This document shows, piece by piece, positions 7,383-14,977 of a stretch of 26,829 nucleotides of DNA (position 1 is its first letter; each line of letters begins with the position of its first letter). The notes under the pieces were generated by a model that had not been told where the DNA came from, made no database searches, and saw only the letters and a program-made list of their open reading frames with translations. Origin of the DNA: a virus (lineage: Duplodnaviria; Caudoviricetes); IMG/VR virus record IMGVR_UViG_3300010376_000114, positions 1 to 26,829 of that record; one strand, given 5' to 3'. The position numbers and the translations under genes were made by a program.

Positions 7383-7579
7383 TGCCCGAGTCAACTTATC
7401 TCAAGCCGAAGGTTGCTTCCGGCAGCATGGGCGAGCGCAAGAAAAAGAACGGCATGTTCCAGAACATCCCGTCCTACCCGCAGCTGGGTGGATTTTCCAG
7501 CTCCTCCAAGGTGCCGGAGCGCGATCGGCCGATGGCGCTGGAGAAGGGCGATCTGGTGCGCAAGGGCAAGCCGGTGTGA
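7382..7579 (+). CDS. Small basic head-region protein (65 aa)
   Basis: RBS AGGAGG at about 7370-7375, TGATG overlap (alternative GTG 7379); Lys/Arg-rich. Confidence 0.75.
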   Translation: MPESTYLKPKVASGSMGERKKKNGMFQNIPSYPQLGGFSSSSKVPERDRPMALEKGDLVRKGKPV

Positions 7580-7583
7580 TCTG

Positions 7584-7940
7584 ATGGCGCGGCGTCGGGG
7601 CAAGCAGAACAACGGTGTCGATCGGGGGCGGCGGTTCTTCGAAACCTCCTCGCCGTTCGAGACCTATGAGCCCGGCGGCGAAGCGCCTGCGACCTACAAG
7701 GGCCTCACCGACACCAGCCTCAAGGTTTCCGATCGCCTGATCGACTCGATCGCGCCGGGTGCCGTCAAGGGCATGGTTGATGCCCAGCAATACGACAATC
7801 CGCGCGGCTTTCCTGGCCTCGCCATGGTGCAGTTCGGCGACGAGAAGCCGAAAATCCCGGTGCGCAGCTCCACGCACGAGATTGCCCACCAGCTGGAAGG
7901 CCAAGCCAAGCTCGCGCCCACCGGGAGACCAGGAAAATGA
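7584..7940 (+). CDS. Hypothetical head-region protein beginning MARRRGK (118 aa)
   Basis: ATG 7584 just after the upstream stop; ATGA overlap with the next gene; GC3-rich codons. Confidence 0.75.
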   Translation: MARRRGKQNNGVDRGRRFFETSSPFETYEPGGEAPATYKGLTDTSLKVSDRLIDSIAPGAVKGMVDAQQYDNPRGFPGLAMVQFGDEKPKIPVRSSTHEIAHQLEGQAKLAPTGRPGK

Positions 7941-8449
7941 CCCAGCAAATCCACCCACAGACGGCCATGGACCTTGCCAAGCTGATGCAGCGCATGGCCG
8001 GCAACCCCAAGACCCGATCGCGGCTCCTCGGGATGGTCAAGGAAACCGACCCCGGCTATCGGCTGCCCGCGGATGTCGCGATCGAGGCATTCAAGGCCGA
8101 GCAGAAGGCCGAGCGCGAGACCGAGCGCAGCAACTGGAACAAGGCGCAGCGCGAAGCGCGCTACAAGAAACAGCGCGCGGAGGCGGTCGCGAGCCACGGC
8201 GAGGACGAGGTCAAGAAAATCGAGGATACGGTCCTCAAGCGGTACCCGCACCTGGAGCTTGAAGATGCGGTCAAGCTGCATGCCGCTGATGCGTCGCCGG
8301 CAACACCGCGCGCTCGCGAACGTTCCAACCAGTTCCGCCATGGGGAACGTTGGACCTTTCCCTCTATTCCCGGTCTGTTGGAGAACCCCGACAGGGCAGC
8401 AAATGAGATGGCGCACAAGGTCATCGATGAGTTGCGCGGGGCAGCCTAA
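7937..8449 (+). CDS. Probable capsid scaffolding protein
   Basis: Immediately upstream of the capsid gene; charged, helical/coiled-coil (EAFKAEQKAERETERSNWNKAQRE). Confidence 0.65.
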   Translation: MTQQIHPQTAMDLAKLMQRMAGNPKTRSRLLGMVKETDPGYRLPADVAIEAFKAEQKAERETERSNWNKAQREARYKKQRAEAVASHGEDEVKKIEDTVLKRYPHLELEDAVKLHAADASPATPRARERSNQFRHGERWTFPSIPGLLENPDRAANEMAHKVIDELRGAA

Positions 8450-8465
8450 CTAAGGGAGTTGAGCA

Positions 8466-9473
8466 ATGCCGCAATTTGGCCAGGGCATCATACCGGCGCA
8501 AGGCGCTATCGCGGCCGAACTGGCGGCGGTCACCCGGCGCGCGTTCCTGCCCAAGGTGTTCGTGCAGCTGTGGAAGTCAACGCCCTGGATGGCGGCGATG
8601 CTTTCGCATGCGCAGGTGGCTTCCGGCGGCTTGTCGCCGATCACCGTGCCGCTGCAGGGCAACCCGATGGTGACGATCCAGAACGTCAGCTATGACGGAT
8701 CGTTCAACCAGCCGGGCACCACGCCGGGCCTGCAGAACGCGGAGTTCAACCTTAAGGGTTACCTGACCGCGATCCCGTTCCTCGGGTTCGAGGGTCTGGT
8801 GCAGCTGGATTACTCGGTGGTGCCGCTGATCGAAGCGCGCATGAACGATGCCACCAACGTGACGCTCGATCGCTTCTCGACCGACATGTACAATAACGTG
8901 TCAAATCTCCAGTCCATGATCGGACTCCCCGCCGCTGTCGATGACGGCACCTTCGCCGCCACATACGGCGGCATCAACCGGCCGAGCAACACCTTCTGGA
9001 AATCCACCTACGTCCACAACGGCGGCCCCACCACCCCCACCCGCAATCTGATGCTCCAGTACATCGCACAGGTGACGAAGGTGACGGGCGAGATACCGAA
9101 GATGGGCCTGATGGGTTTCGGGACCTGGACAAACCTCGCTCAGGATTTTACCCCGAACGAACGTTATGTAGTCACTCCGTCCCAGCCATTCGGTGAAGGC
9201 AAAGTTGAAGCCCTGTTCCGCGCACTCGACGTAGCAGGTGTCCCCTTCTACCCAGACCCGTATTGTCCCGAAGGGACCCTCTATCTGCTCAACACCGACT
9301 ACCTTTCGCTTTACGTCCATGAGCGGGCCTCCTTCTATTTCACCGGGTTCGAGTCAACGCTCGCGAACGGCCAGTTCGGCTATATCGGTGCCCTGCTCAC
9401 GCTCCTGGAGATGGTCGACGTCAAGTGCAAGGCGCACGGCAAGTTCGACAACATTGCGTTCCTGAACATCTAA
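8466..9473 (+). CDS. Major capsid protein (HK97 fold expected)
   Basis: RBS AAGGGAG; 335 aa; follows the scaffold. Segments ELAAVTRRAFLPKVFVQL, IGLPAAVDDGT..TYGGINR..TFWKS and PDPYCPEGTLYLLNTDYL are typical of podovirus capsid proteins. Confidence 0.88.
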   Translation: MPQFGQGIIPAQGAIAAELAAVTRRAFLPKVFVQLWKSTPWMAAMLSHAQVASGGLSPITVPLQGNPMVTIQNVSYDGSFNQPGTTPGLQNAEFNLKGYLTAIPFLGFEGLVQLDYSVVPLIEARMNDATNVTLDRFSTDMYNNVSNLQSMIGLPAAVDDGTFAATYGGINRPSNTFWKSTYVHNGGPTTPTRNLMLQYIAQVTKVTGEIPKMGLMGFGTWTNLAQDFTPNERYVVTPSQPFGEGKVEALFRALDVAGVPFYPDPYCPEGTLYLLNTDYLSLYVHERASFYFTGFESTLANGQFGYIGALLTLLEMVDVKCKAHGKFDNIAFLNI

Positions 9474-9514
9474 CAGATAATCGGGAACATCTGGGCTAAA
9501 ATCGAGGTGAGACC

Positions 9515-10732
9515 ATGAGGATCGGCGGCTCAACCCCCTTCAATCCCAGCGGCGCCTTTCCGGTCGCGCTCGGCCCGGGCTCCTATTCTTATATCCCGCC
9601 GGGAAACTACCTGTGCTCGCTCGGCGCGCAAACCTGCGTGGAGTGGTGGGACCCGGTCCAGTCGGCATGGCGCGTCGTCGCGTGGCCAAACGAGCAGTTT
9701 CCGATCTCGGTGGACGGCTACAACTACCGCCTGATCAACCGCTCGGGCGTGGTGGTGGGGGCCTCGATTACCAACGCCGGCTCCGGCGGCACCAACGGCA
9801 TTGGCCCGACCCAGACCGGTGCCACCGTGTCGGTCGCCGGTCCTGGCGGCAACGGTCAGGCCGCCAAGGGCTACGCGATCGTGGGTGGCTCGCTGCCGTC
9901 GCTTTCGGTATCGAACGGCGGCTCGGGCTTTGTGGTCCCGCCGCTGATCCTGATCGACCCGCCACCGCTGGGCGGCATCCAGGCGACTGCGGTGTCGCAG
10001 ATCACCTCGGCCGGCGTGCTGACTTCGGCGACCCTGGTCAATGTCGGGGCGGGCTATACCTCGCTGCCCAACGTCTACGTGGTTCCGCAGTTTCTCGACT
10101 ATCCGGGCCAGCTGGCGCTCCCTTACACGGTGCCGACTTCGCCCACCCCGGTTGCCCCCAACTTCCCGCCCGGGCAAATCCAGAACATCCCGCCGCAAAA
10201 CTTCCAGCAGGGCCTGCAGCAGGCCTTTCCGGTCACCGGCGGCGCGCTGGTCAACTTCGGCGCTGGCGTGCTCGGCGGCTCGGGTACCCTGACCGGGCTG
10301 GTCATCACCGACTACGGCTCGCTCTACAACACCTCGGTGCCGGCGATCTCGTTTGCCGGCGGCGGCCTTGCCGGCGGCGTAGCGGCGACCGCGCTCATGA
10401 GCTGGGCCGTCACCACCGCACCGAACGTGACCTATGCCACGCTCGCGGTCGGTACCCCGCTTGAGAGCAACCTGGGCCTGCTTTCCGCCACCACCAACTT
10501 CTACAACAACGGTTTCCTGTGGGCGCGCCCCTTCCGTGGCAGGGTTCCGGCGGCCTCCACCAACCCCGCGGTGGTGGATGACGCCGGCTTCGGCTTCCAG
10601 ACCGTGCTCGGCACCGGCTCCTTCGGCTCGACGCTCAACGCTGGCGCCGCCACCTCGACCGCGACCTTCGCCGGCACGGTCATGGGCGGTATCAACGACA
10701 CCTCGATCCTGCAAGCGTTCATCAACGAGTAG
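9515..10732 (+). CDS. Virion structural protein with NGGSG-type beta repeats (decoration/collar-like)
   Basis: RBS GAGGTG; Gly/Thr/Ser/Val-rich; repeats ITNAGSG, VSNGGSGF, VNVGAGYTSLP and ITDYGSLY. Confidence 0.7.
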   Translation: MRIGGSTPFNPSGAFPVALGPGSYSYIPPGNYLCSLGAQTCVEWWDPVQSAWRVVAWPNEQFPISVDGYNYRLINRSGVVVGASITNAGSGGTNGIGPTQTGATVSVAGPGGNGQAAKGYAIVGGSLPSLSVSNGGSGFVVPPLILIDPPPLGGIQATAVSQITSAGVLTSATLVNVGAGYTSLPNVYVVPQFLDYPGQLALPYTVPTSPTPVAPNFPPGQIQNIPPQNFQQGLQQAFPVTGGALVNFGAGVLGGSGTLTGLVITDYGSLYNTSVPAISFAGGGLAGGVAATALMSWAVTTAPNVTYATLAVGTPLESNLGLLSATTNFYNNGFLWARPFRGRVPAASTNPAVVDDAGFGFQTVLGTGSFGSTLNAGAATSTATFAGTVMGGINDTSILQAFINE

Positions 10733-10736
10733 CGCC

Positions 10737-11069
10737 ATGAAGGAATGGGCTGACAAGGGCGAACTGGTTGAGCGTCTCGCGCAGGCTCGGCGCGACGCGC
10801 GCGAGACCGGACCGCGCCACGGCAATGACCACCTGGAAGCGGCGATGTTTCTGGCCATGTGCTTTGCGCTTGAAGCCGTCAATCAAGAGGCGGAGGCGCA
10901 GACAGAGCCTTCCCTGGAGACGCCCGCCGTGCTAACCGAGGCTGAGACAGATCAGCCGCAGGAGGAAGATGATGGCGAGCCCGAACCCGACCCCGAACCC
11001 GCAAGACCCGCTCGCCGTCGAGGAGCAAGAGCCGCAAGTGATGGCGGTGAGGGTGATCAACAAGAATGA
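10737..11069 (+). CDS. Hypothetical protein with acidic C-terminal tail (110 aa)
   Basis: ATG 10737, 4 nt after the upstream stop (the ORF track start at 10434 lies inside the previous gene); overlaps the next gene by 101 nt. Confidence 0.65.
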   Translation: MKEWADKGELVERLAQARRDARETGPRHGNDHLEAAMFLAMCFALEAVNQEAEAQTEPSLETPAVLTEAETDQPQEEDDGEPEPDPEPARPARRRGARAASDGGEGDQQE

Positions 11070-11406
11070 TTTCCCGATCCGGGACATGTTCGACGGCGTC
11101 CCGTATGTCTTTGAGCCAAACAAGCCGGTGAACATCCCTCCCGACGCCGCCAACCACATTTTTGCGTGGTTCCAGCCCTACGATGACGAGGATGGTCACC
11201 ACCACGAGCCTGATCCGGCAAGGATGAAGGCGCACGTGCAGAAGCGTTTCGGCTGGAACACGCCGTCGCTGGTGCAGGACAGTCGAGCGGACTTTTTCTA
11301 TCGCAATCTCGTGGTGCAGCCGATCGTCTACCGGATGGTGCCGATGGAGATCGAGGAACCGGCACCGCGGGGTCGGGCAGGGAAGGGCGCTGAAGCCAGG
11401 GCGTGA
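10969..11406 (+). CDS. Hypothetical protein
   Basis: RBS GGAGGAAG before ATGATG; globular core VRVINKNDFPIRDMFDGVPYVFEPNKPVNIP..AANHIF. Confidence 0.8.
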   Translation: MMASPNPTPNPQDPLAVEEQEPQVMAVRVINKNDFPIRDMFDGVPYVFEPNKPVNIPPDAANHIFAWFQPYDDEDGHHHEPDPARMKAHVQKRFGWNTPSLVQDSRADFFYRNLVVQPIVYRMVPMEIEEPAPRGRAGKGAEARA

Positions 11407-11412
11407 TGACTT

Positions 11413-12300
11413 GTGCAGCTCCAGGACTATCAGACCCAAGTCCAGCAGCTTATCCATGACAGCTCGGCTCTGGATTTTTCCCTGCCGGAACTGACCGCCT
11501 TCATAAATAACGCGCGCACTCGGGTCGCTCTCGACTTCGCTTGCGTGCGAACCTACTTCACCAACCTCTCCGTCATCATCAACCAGGAAACCTATCCGAT
11601 CAACGGCGGGGTCGGCGGCGCCATCATCACCAATGGCGGGGTCTATTCTTCACCACCGACCGTGACCTTCGGCGCCCCGCCCGCAGGCGGTGTCACCGCC
11701 ACCGGTGTTGCGCTGATGGGAGGCACCGGATCGTCCCAGTTCGTTCAGCAGATCGGCATGACCAACTGGGGCTCCGGCTATACTTCAACTCCGACCGTCA
11801 CCTTCGGCTCTGGTGCGGCGGCCGCCACCGCCCAGGCGCTCGTCGACGTGATCGATTTTCATGCGGTGGCCGTGCTGTTCGGCACCCAGCGTTTTACGCT
11901 GCAGTGGTGGCCGTTTGTAAGGTTCAACGCCTTCCTGCGCTCGAATACGCTAAGCGCCGGCCAGCCCGGAGTGTGGTCCAACTACACCGAGCAAAACAAG
12001 ATTTATATCTACCCGGCGCTCCCGGATCAGAACTATCCCCTGGAAGTTGACGCCTATGTGCTGCCCAACCCGCTGGTGAACACGAGCGATGCCGACGTCC
12101 AGATCAATGCGCCGATGAGTGATTGTGTGCAGTTCTATGCTTCGCATCTGGCGTTGCTGAAGGGGCAAAACTTCGATCAAGCCGACTACTATCGCAAGCG
12201 CTACGAGGGGCGCCGCGCCGAGATCGCCAACACCCGCCTGCCGGTCCGCCGGTCAAACATTTATCAAAGCTCGTGGCGACGCGTGCAGCGGGGTTGGTAG
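11413..12300 (+). CDS. Head-tail adaptor/connector with an inserted NGGSG-type domain
   Basis: N-terminal LQDYQTQVQQLIHD...LTAFINNA and C-terminal VQFYASHLALLK.QNFDQADYYRKRY helices are typical of podovirus adaptors; lies before the nozzle gene. Confidence 0.75.
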   Translation: MQLQDYQTQVQQLIHDSSALDFSLPELTAFINNARTRVALDFACVRTYFTNLSVIINQETYPINGGVGGAIITNGGVYSSPPTVTFGAPPAGGVTATGVALMGGTGSSQFVQQIGMTNWGSGYTSTPTVTFGSGAAAATAQALVDVIDFHAVAVLFGTQRFTLQWWPFVRFNAFLRSNTLSAGQPGVWSNYTEQNKIYIYPALPDQNYPLEVDAYVLPNPLVNTSDADVQINAPMSDCVQFYASHLALLKGQNFDQADYYRKRYEGRRAEIANTRLPVRRSNIYQSSWRRVQRGW

Positions 12301-14097
12301 ATGCCCACCGACGTTGCCCGCCTCCAGCAAGCTACCAAGAAATACATCTTCTATTCCGGCTTTGACACCATGGATACCCAGTCGGCGCGCGAGGCGCTGC
12401 CGACCACCAAGCTCGCATGGTGCGAAAACCTGCAGATCGTCGGCCCCAACCAGCTGGTGGCCTGCAACGGCCCGGCTGCGCCGCTGACCCAGATCGCCGG
12501 CAAGGTCATCACCTCGCAGTTCTTCGCCAACTACACGCCGCCCGGTGGCGTGCAGACCGATTTCATCATCTGCTTCACCCAGGATGGCGCCGGCTATCAG
12601 GTCAATGCCGGGACTGGCGCGCAGGTGCAGTTTGCCTTGCCCAACACGTTCTCGACCACGCCCGACATGACGGTGTGGGCCTCGCAGCGCATTCTGATCG
12701 CTGACCCGACGGCCGGATACTGCACCTGGGACGGGCACGTGTTCGTGCAGTCGGGCGGGGTCTCTCCCAATATCGTGGTCACCAACGGAGGCTCCGGCTA
12801 TGGCGCTCCCCCCACAGTCACCATCGGCGGAGGATCAGGAGCAGGCGCCACCGCTCACGCTATCATCACCGGTGGAGTGGTCACGTCCATTGTCCTCGAT
12901 AACGCCGGAACGGGCTACAAAGCAGGCGATGTTCTCACGGTCTCTTTCGCCCCCGCATCAACAACTGCTGCCACGGCTATTGTCTGGCCTTTCTTCGCCC
13001 TCACCCCGACCACTCTTGCGGTTTACGCCGGGCGCGTCTGGCTGGCGGGCGCGCGCAACCTTACATGGACGGGCACAAAGGGCTTTGATGACTCGAACCC
13101 GGCGAATGCGTCGGGGTCAACGACCATAGCCGACGCCGATCTCGCGCACTCGATCACTGCCTTGCGAGCGCTCAACAACTTCCTGTATATTTTCGGCGAT
13201 GCGGCGATCAAGCAAATTGGCACGATCACGGTCTCGGGCTCGACCACCGTATTCAATATTGTTACCCTGTCGTCAGACCAGGGTACACCGTTCCCGCGGG
13301 CGATTGCCTCCTATAATCGCCTCATCCTGTTCGCCAACAAGGTGGGTGTCTATGCGATCCTTGGTGCGTCGGTGGAAAAAGTCTCTGACCAGATGGATGG
13401 GGTGTTTTCGTCGCTGGACTATTCCCAGCCGTTTCAGGCCGCAGTCCAGGATTTGCACACGTCCCTGCACACCTTTCTACTGCTGGTGCGATACCGAGAC
13501 CCGGTGGCGGGCATCACTCGATCTCTGATCCTGTGCTTCTACAAGAACAGATGGTTTGTCGCCAACCAGGGAAACAGCATCACCGCGATCTGCACCGCCC
13601 CGATCGGCGGGTTGATCGAGACCTTCTCCTCTTCCGGAGCCGACGTCACGCAGTTGTTTCAGAGCACGACGCCGGTGCCGTTCATCCTGCGCACCTCGCT
13701 CTCGGCCAACCAGGAGGCGCAGATCGGCAAGAAAGGGCTGCGCGTCGTCATTGCCGCCTCTTCGCAGACGCTCACCACCCTCCAGGGTTCGGCTGACTCG
13801 GAAAATCTCACCCCCGGGCGACCGTTCTCGTGGTCGACCGCGATCCCGATCACGTGGGTCAATAATGCTGGCCAGCTGATCCAGTGGGTCAACAACGCCA
13901 GCCAGCCGATCCAGTGGGTGGCGACCGGCTTCCTCTATCAGCGAGCCAATATCGACTCACGCGGGGTGTTTCTCGGGGTGACCTTGACCGGCAGCGTGGC
14001 GGGCGGATCGGGCGGCGCCAACACCGGCTTCATCCTCAACGGGGTCATCCTGGAGTACCAGGACGAGACAGTATTTGCTTCGAAGAACACCGCCTAG
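12301..14097 (+). CDS. Tail nozzle / DNA-stabilisation protein (P22 gp10 / T7 gp12-like position, beta-propeller-like) with an inserted NGGSG-type domain
   Basis: 598 aa, beta-rich, propeller-like blades (LAVYAGRVWLA, LNNFLYIFGD, ILFANKVGVYAI); directly after the adaptor. Confidence 0.75.
   Translation: MPTDVARLQQATKKYIFYSGFDTMDTQSAREALPTTKLAWCENLQIVGPNQLVACNGPAAPLTQIAGKVITSQFFANYTPPGGVQTDFIICFTQDGAGYQVNAGTGAQVQFALPNTFSTTPDMTVWASQRILIADPTAGYCTWDGHVFVQSGGVSPNIVVTNGGSGYGAPPTVTIGGGSGAGATAHAIITGGVVTSIVLDNAGTGYKAGDVLTVSFAPASTTAATAIVWPFFALTPTTLAVYAGRVWLAGARNLTWTGTKGFDDSNPANASGSTTIADADLAHSITALRALNNFLYIFGDAAIKQIGTITVSGSTTVFNIVTLSSDQGTPFPRAIASYNRLILFANKVGVYAILGASVEKVSDQMDGVFSSLDYSQPFQAAVQDLHTSLHTFLLLVRYRDPVAGITRSLILCFYKNRWFVANQGNSITAICTAPIGGLIETFSSSGADVTQLFQSTTPVPFILRTSLSANQEAQIGKKGLRVVIAASSQTLTTLQGSADSENLTPGRPFSWSTAIPITWVNNAGQLIQWVNNASQPIQWVATGFLYQRANIDSRGVFLGVTLTGSVAGGSGGANTGFILNGVILEYQDETVFASKNTA
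13849..13920 (+). repeat. 30-nt period tandem repeat encoding I-x-W-V-N-N-A-x-Q-x (about 2.4 copies)
   Basis: TGGGTC/TGGGTC/TGGGTG at 13855, 13885 and 13915; ITWVNNAGQL IQWVNNASQP IQWV. Confidence 0.8.
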
Positions 14098-14165
14098 CGG
14101 CCGAACAGGTAAGAGACCCCGAGCAGAACAACAAAGACAAACAGCGTCCACTTGAGAATAGCCGC

Positions 14166-14519
14166 ATGCCACTGTTCTTTCACGATATTGTTCTCCCCAA
14201 GGATACCACTGGATTTTCGATCTGGCTGCAGGAGCATTATTTGGAGCACCAGCAGTTCGTTTCAATATTCCAGGGTCGCTCCCCGGTTATTTTTATTCCA
14301 GATTACAACTTCGCCCTATGGGGCGACGATCGCAAGGTGATCGCGGCTTGGCTGGAGGCGCATGAGGCGACGCATCAAGCGCTGCGGACACAGACCAATG
14401 TTTCTGGTATAGACCTTGCAGACGTCGATCTGAGCAAGGAGGACGAATGGTTCTCGTGGATGGACAGTCACGCATCGGAGCATGCGGACATACGATCAGC
14501 GTTGGGGATCATCATCTGA
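14166..14519 (+). CDS. His/Trp-rich hypothetical protein (117 aa)
   Basis: ATG 14166 after a 68-nt A-rich gap; three repeats of W-x3-H-x3-H (WLQEHYLEH, WLEAHEATH, WMDSHASEH). Confidence 0.8.
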   Translation: MPLFFHDIVLPKDTTGFSIWLQEHYLEHQQFVSIFQGRSPVIFIPDYNFALWGDDRKVIAAWLEAHEATHQALRTQTNVSGIDLADVDLSKEDEWFSWMDSHASEHADIRSALGIII

Positions 14520-14521
14520 GC

Positions 14522-14977
14522 GTGCAGGTCGAACCGCTGCGGCCGGATACGATCCCGGCTTGGATGTTCGGCGACCACGTCGAGGAGAGTTGCCCAAACA
14601 AGGAGGTTTTTAAGCTCAAACCTGACTGGGCCTATTACTTTCGCGAGCAGCGCGAGGGGCGCTTCTTTATGGTTAGTGCGCGCAACGAGAACTGGGACAT
14701 TGTCGGCTATGTCGGCATGTTCATCCGCCCACACCATCACTACAGCGACGTCGTCATGGCGACCGACGACCTGCACTATCTTCTCCCCGCCTACCGCGGC
14801 CAAAAGCTCGGAGCGTTCATGCTGGCGTTCGCCGAGAAGGTGGCGGCTGAGAAGGGGGCGTCGATCTTTCTGATGCGCTGCAAGGCTAATCAGCCGCACG
14901 GAAAAATCTTCGAAGATATGGGCTACAAGCTCACTGATCTCACCTACCTGAAGGATATCCGCAATGCGCGCGCGTGA
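14522..14977 (+). CDS. GNAT-family acetyltransferase
   Basis: Probable GTG start at 14522; acetyl-CoA motif A YLLPAYRGQKLGAFML, AEKVAAEKGA and C-terminal IFEDMGY. Confidence 0.85.
   Translation: MQVEPLRPDTIPAWMFGDHVEESCPNKEVFKLKPDWAYYFREQREGRFFMVSARNENWDIVGYVGMFIRPHHHYSDVVMATDDLHYLLPAYRGQKLGAFMLAFAEKVAAEKGASIFLMRCKANQPHGKIFEDMGYKLTDLTYLKDIRNARA

Noticed and set aside
9120-9290. Local GC3 dip in the capsid gene as another overprint
   Set aside because: The +1 frame hits TAG right after its ATG (about 9166-9171); no RBS-led ORF spans the dip.
9455-9515. Capsid C-terminal extension by frameshift or read-through; GAACATCT repeated at 9464 and 9485
   Set aside because: No slippery heptamer at the capsid end; in-frame read-through stops within about 15 codons; an 8-nt repeat and 5-bp stem are too weak.
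13884-14165. Upstream extension of the His/Trp protein, or a nozzle frameshift fusion across the A-rich gap
   Set aside because: The extension overlaps the nozzle gene with nonsense-like composition; no slippery site identified; ATG 14166 gives a coherent protein. The gap has no clear promoter or terminator that I can support.
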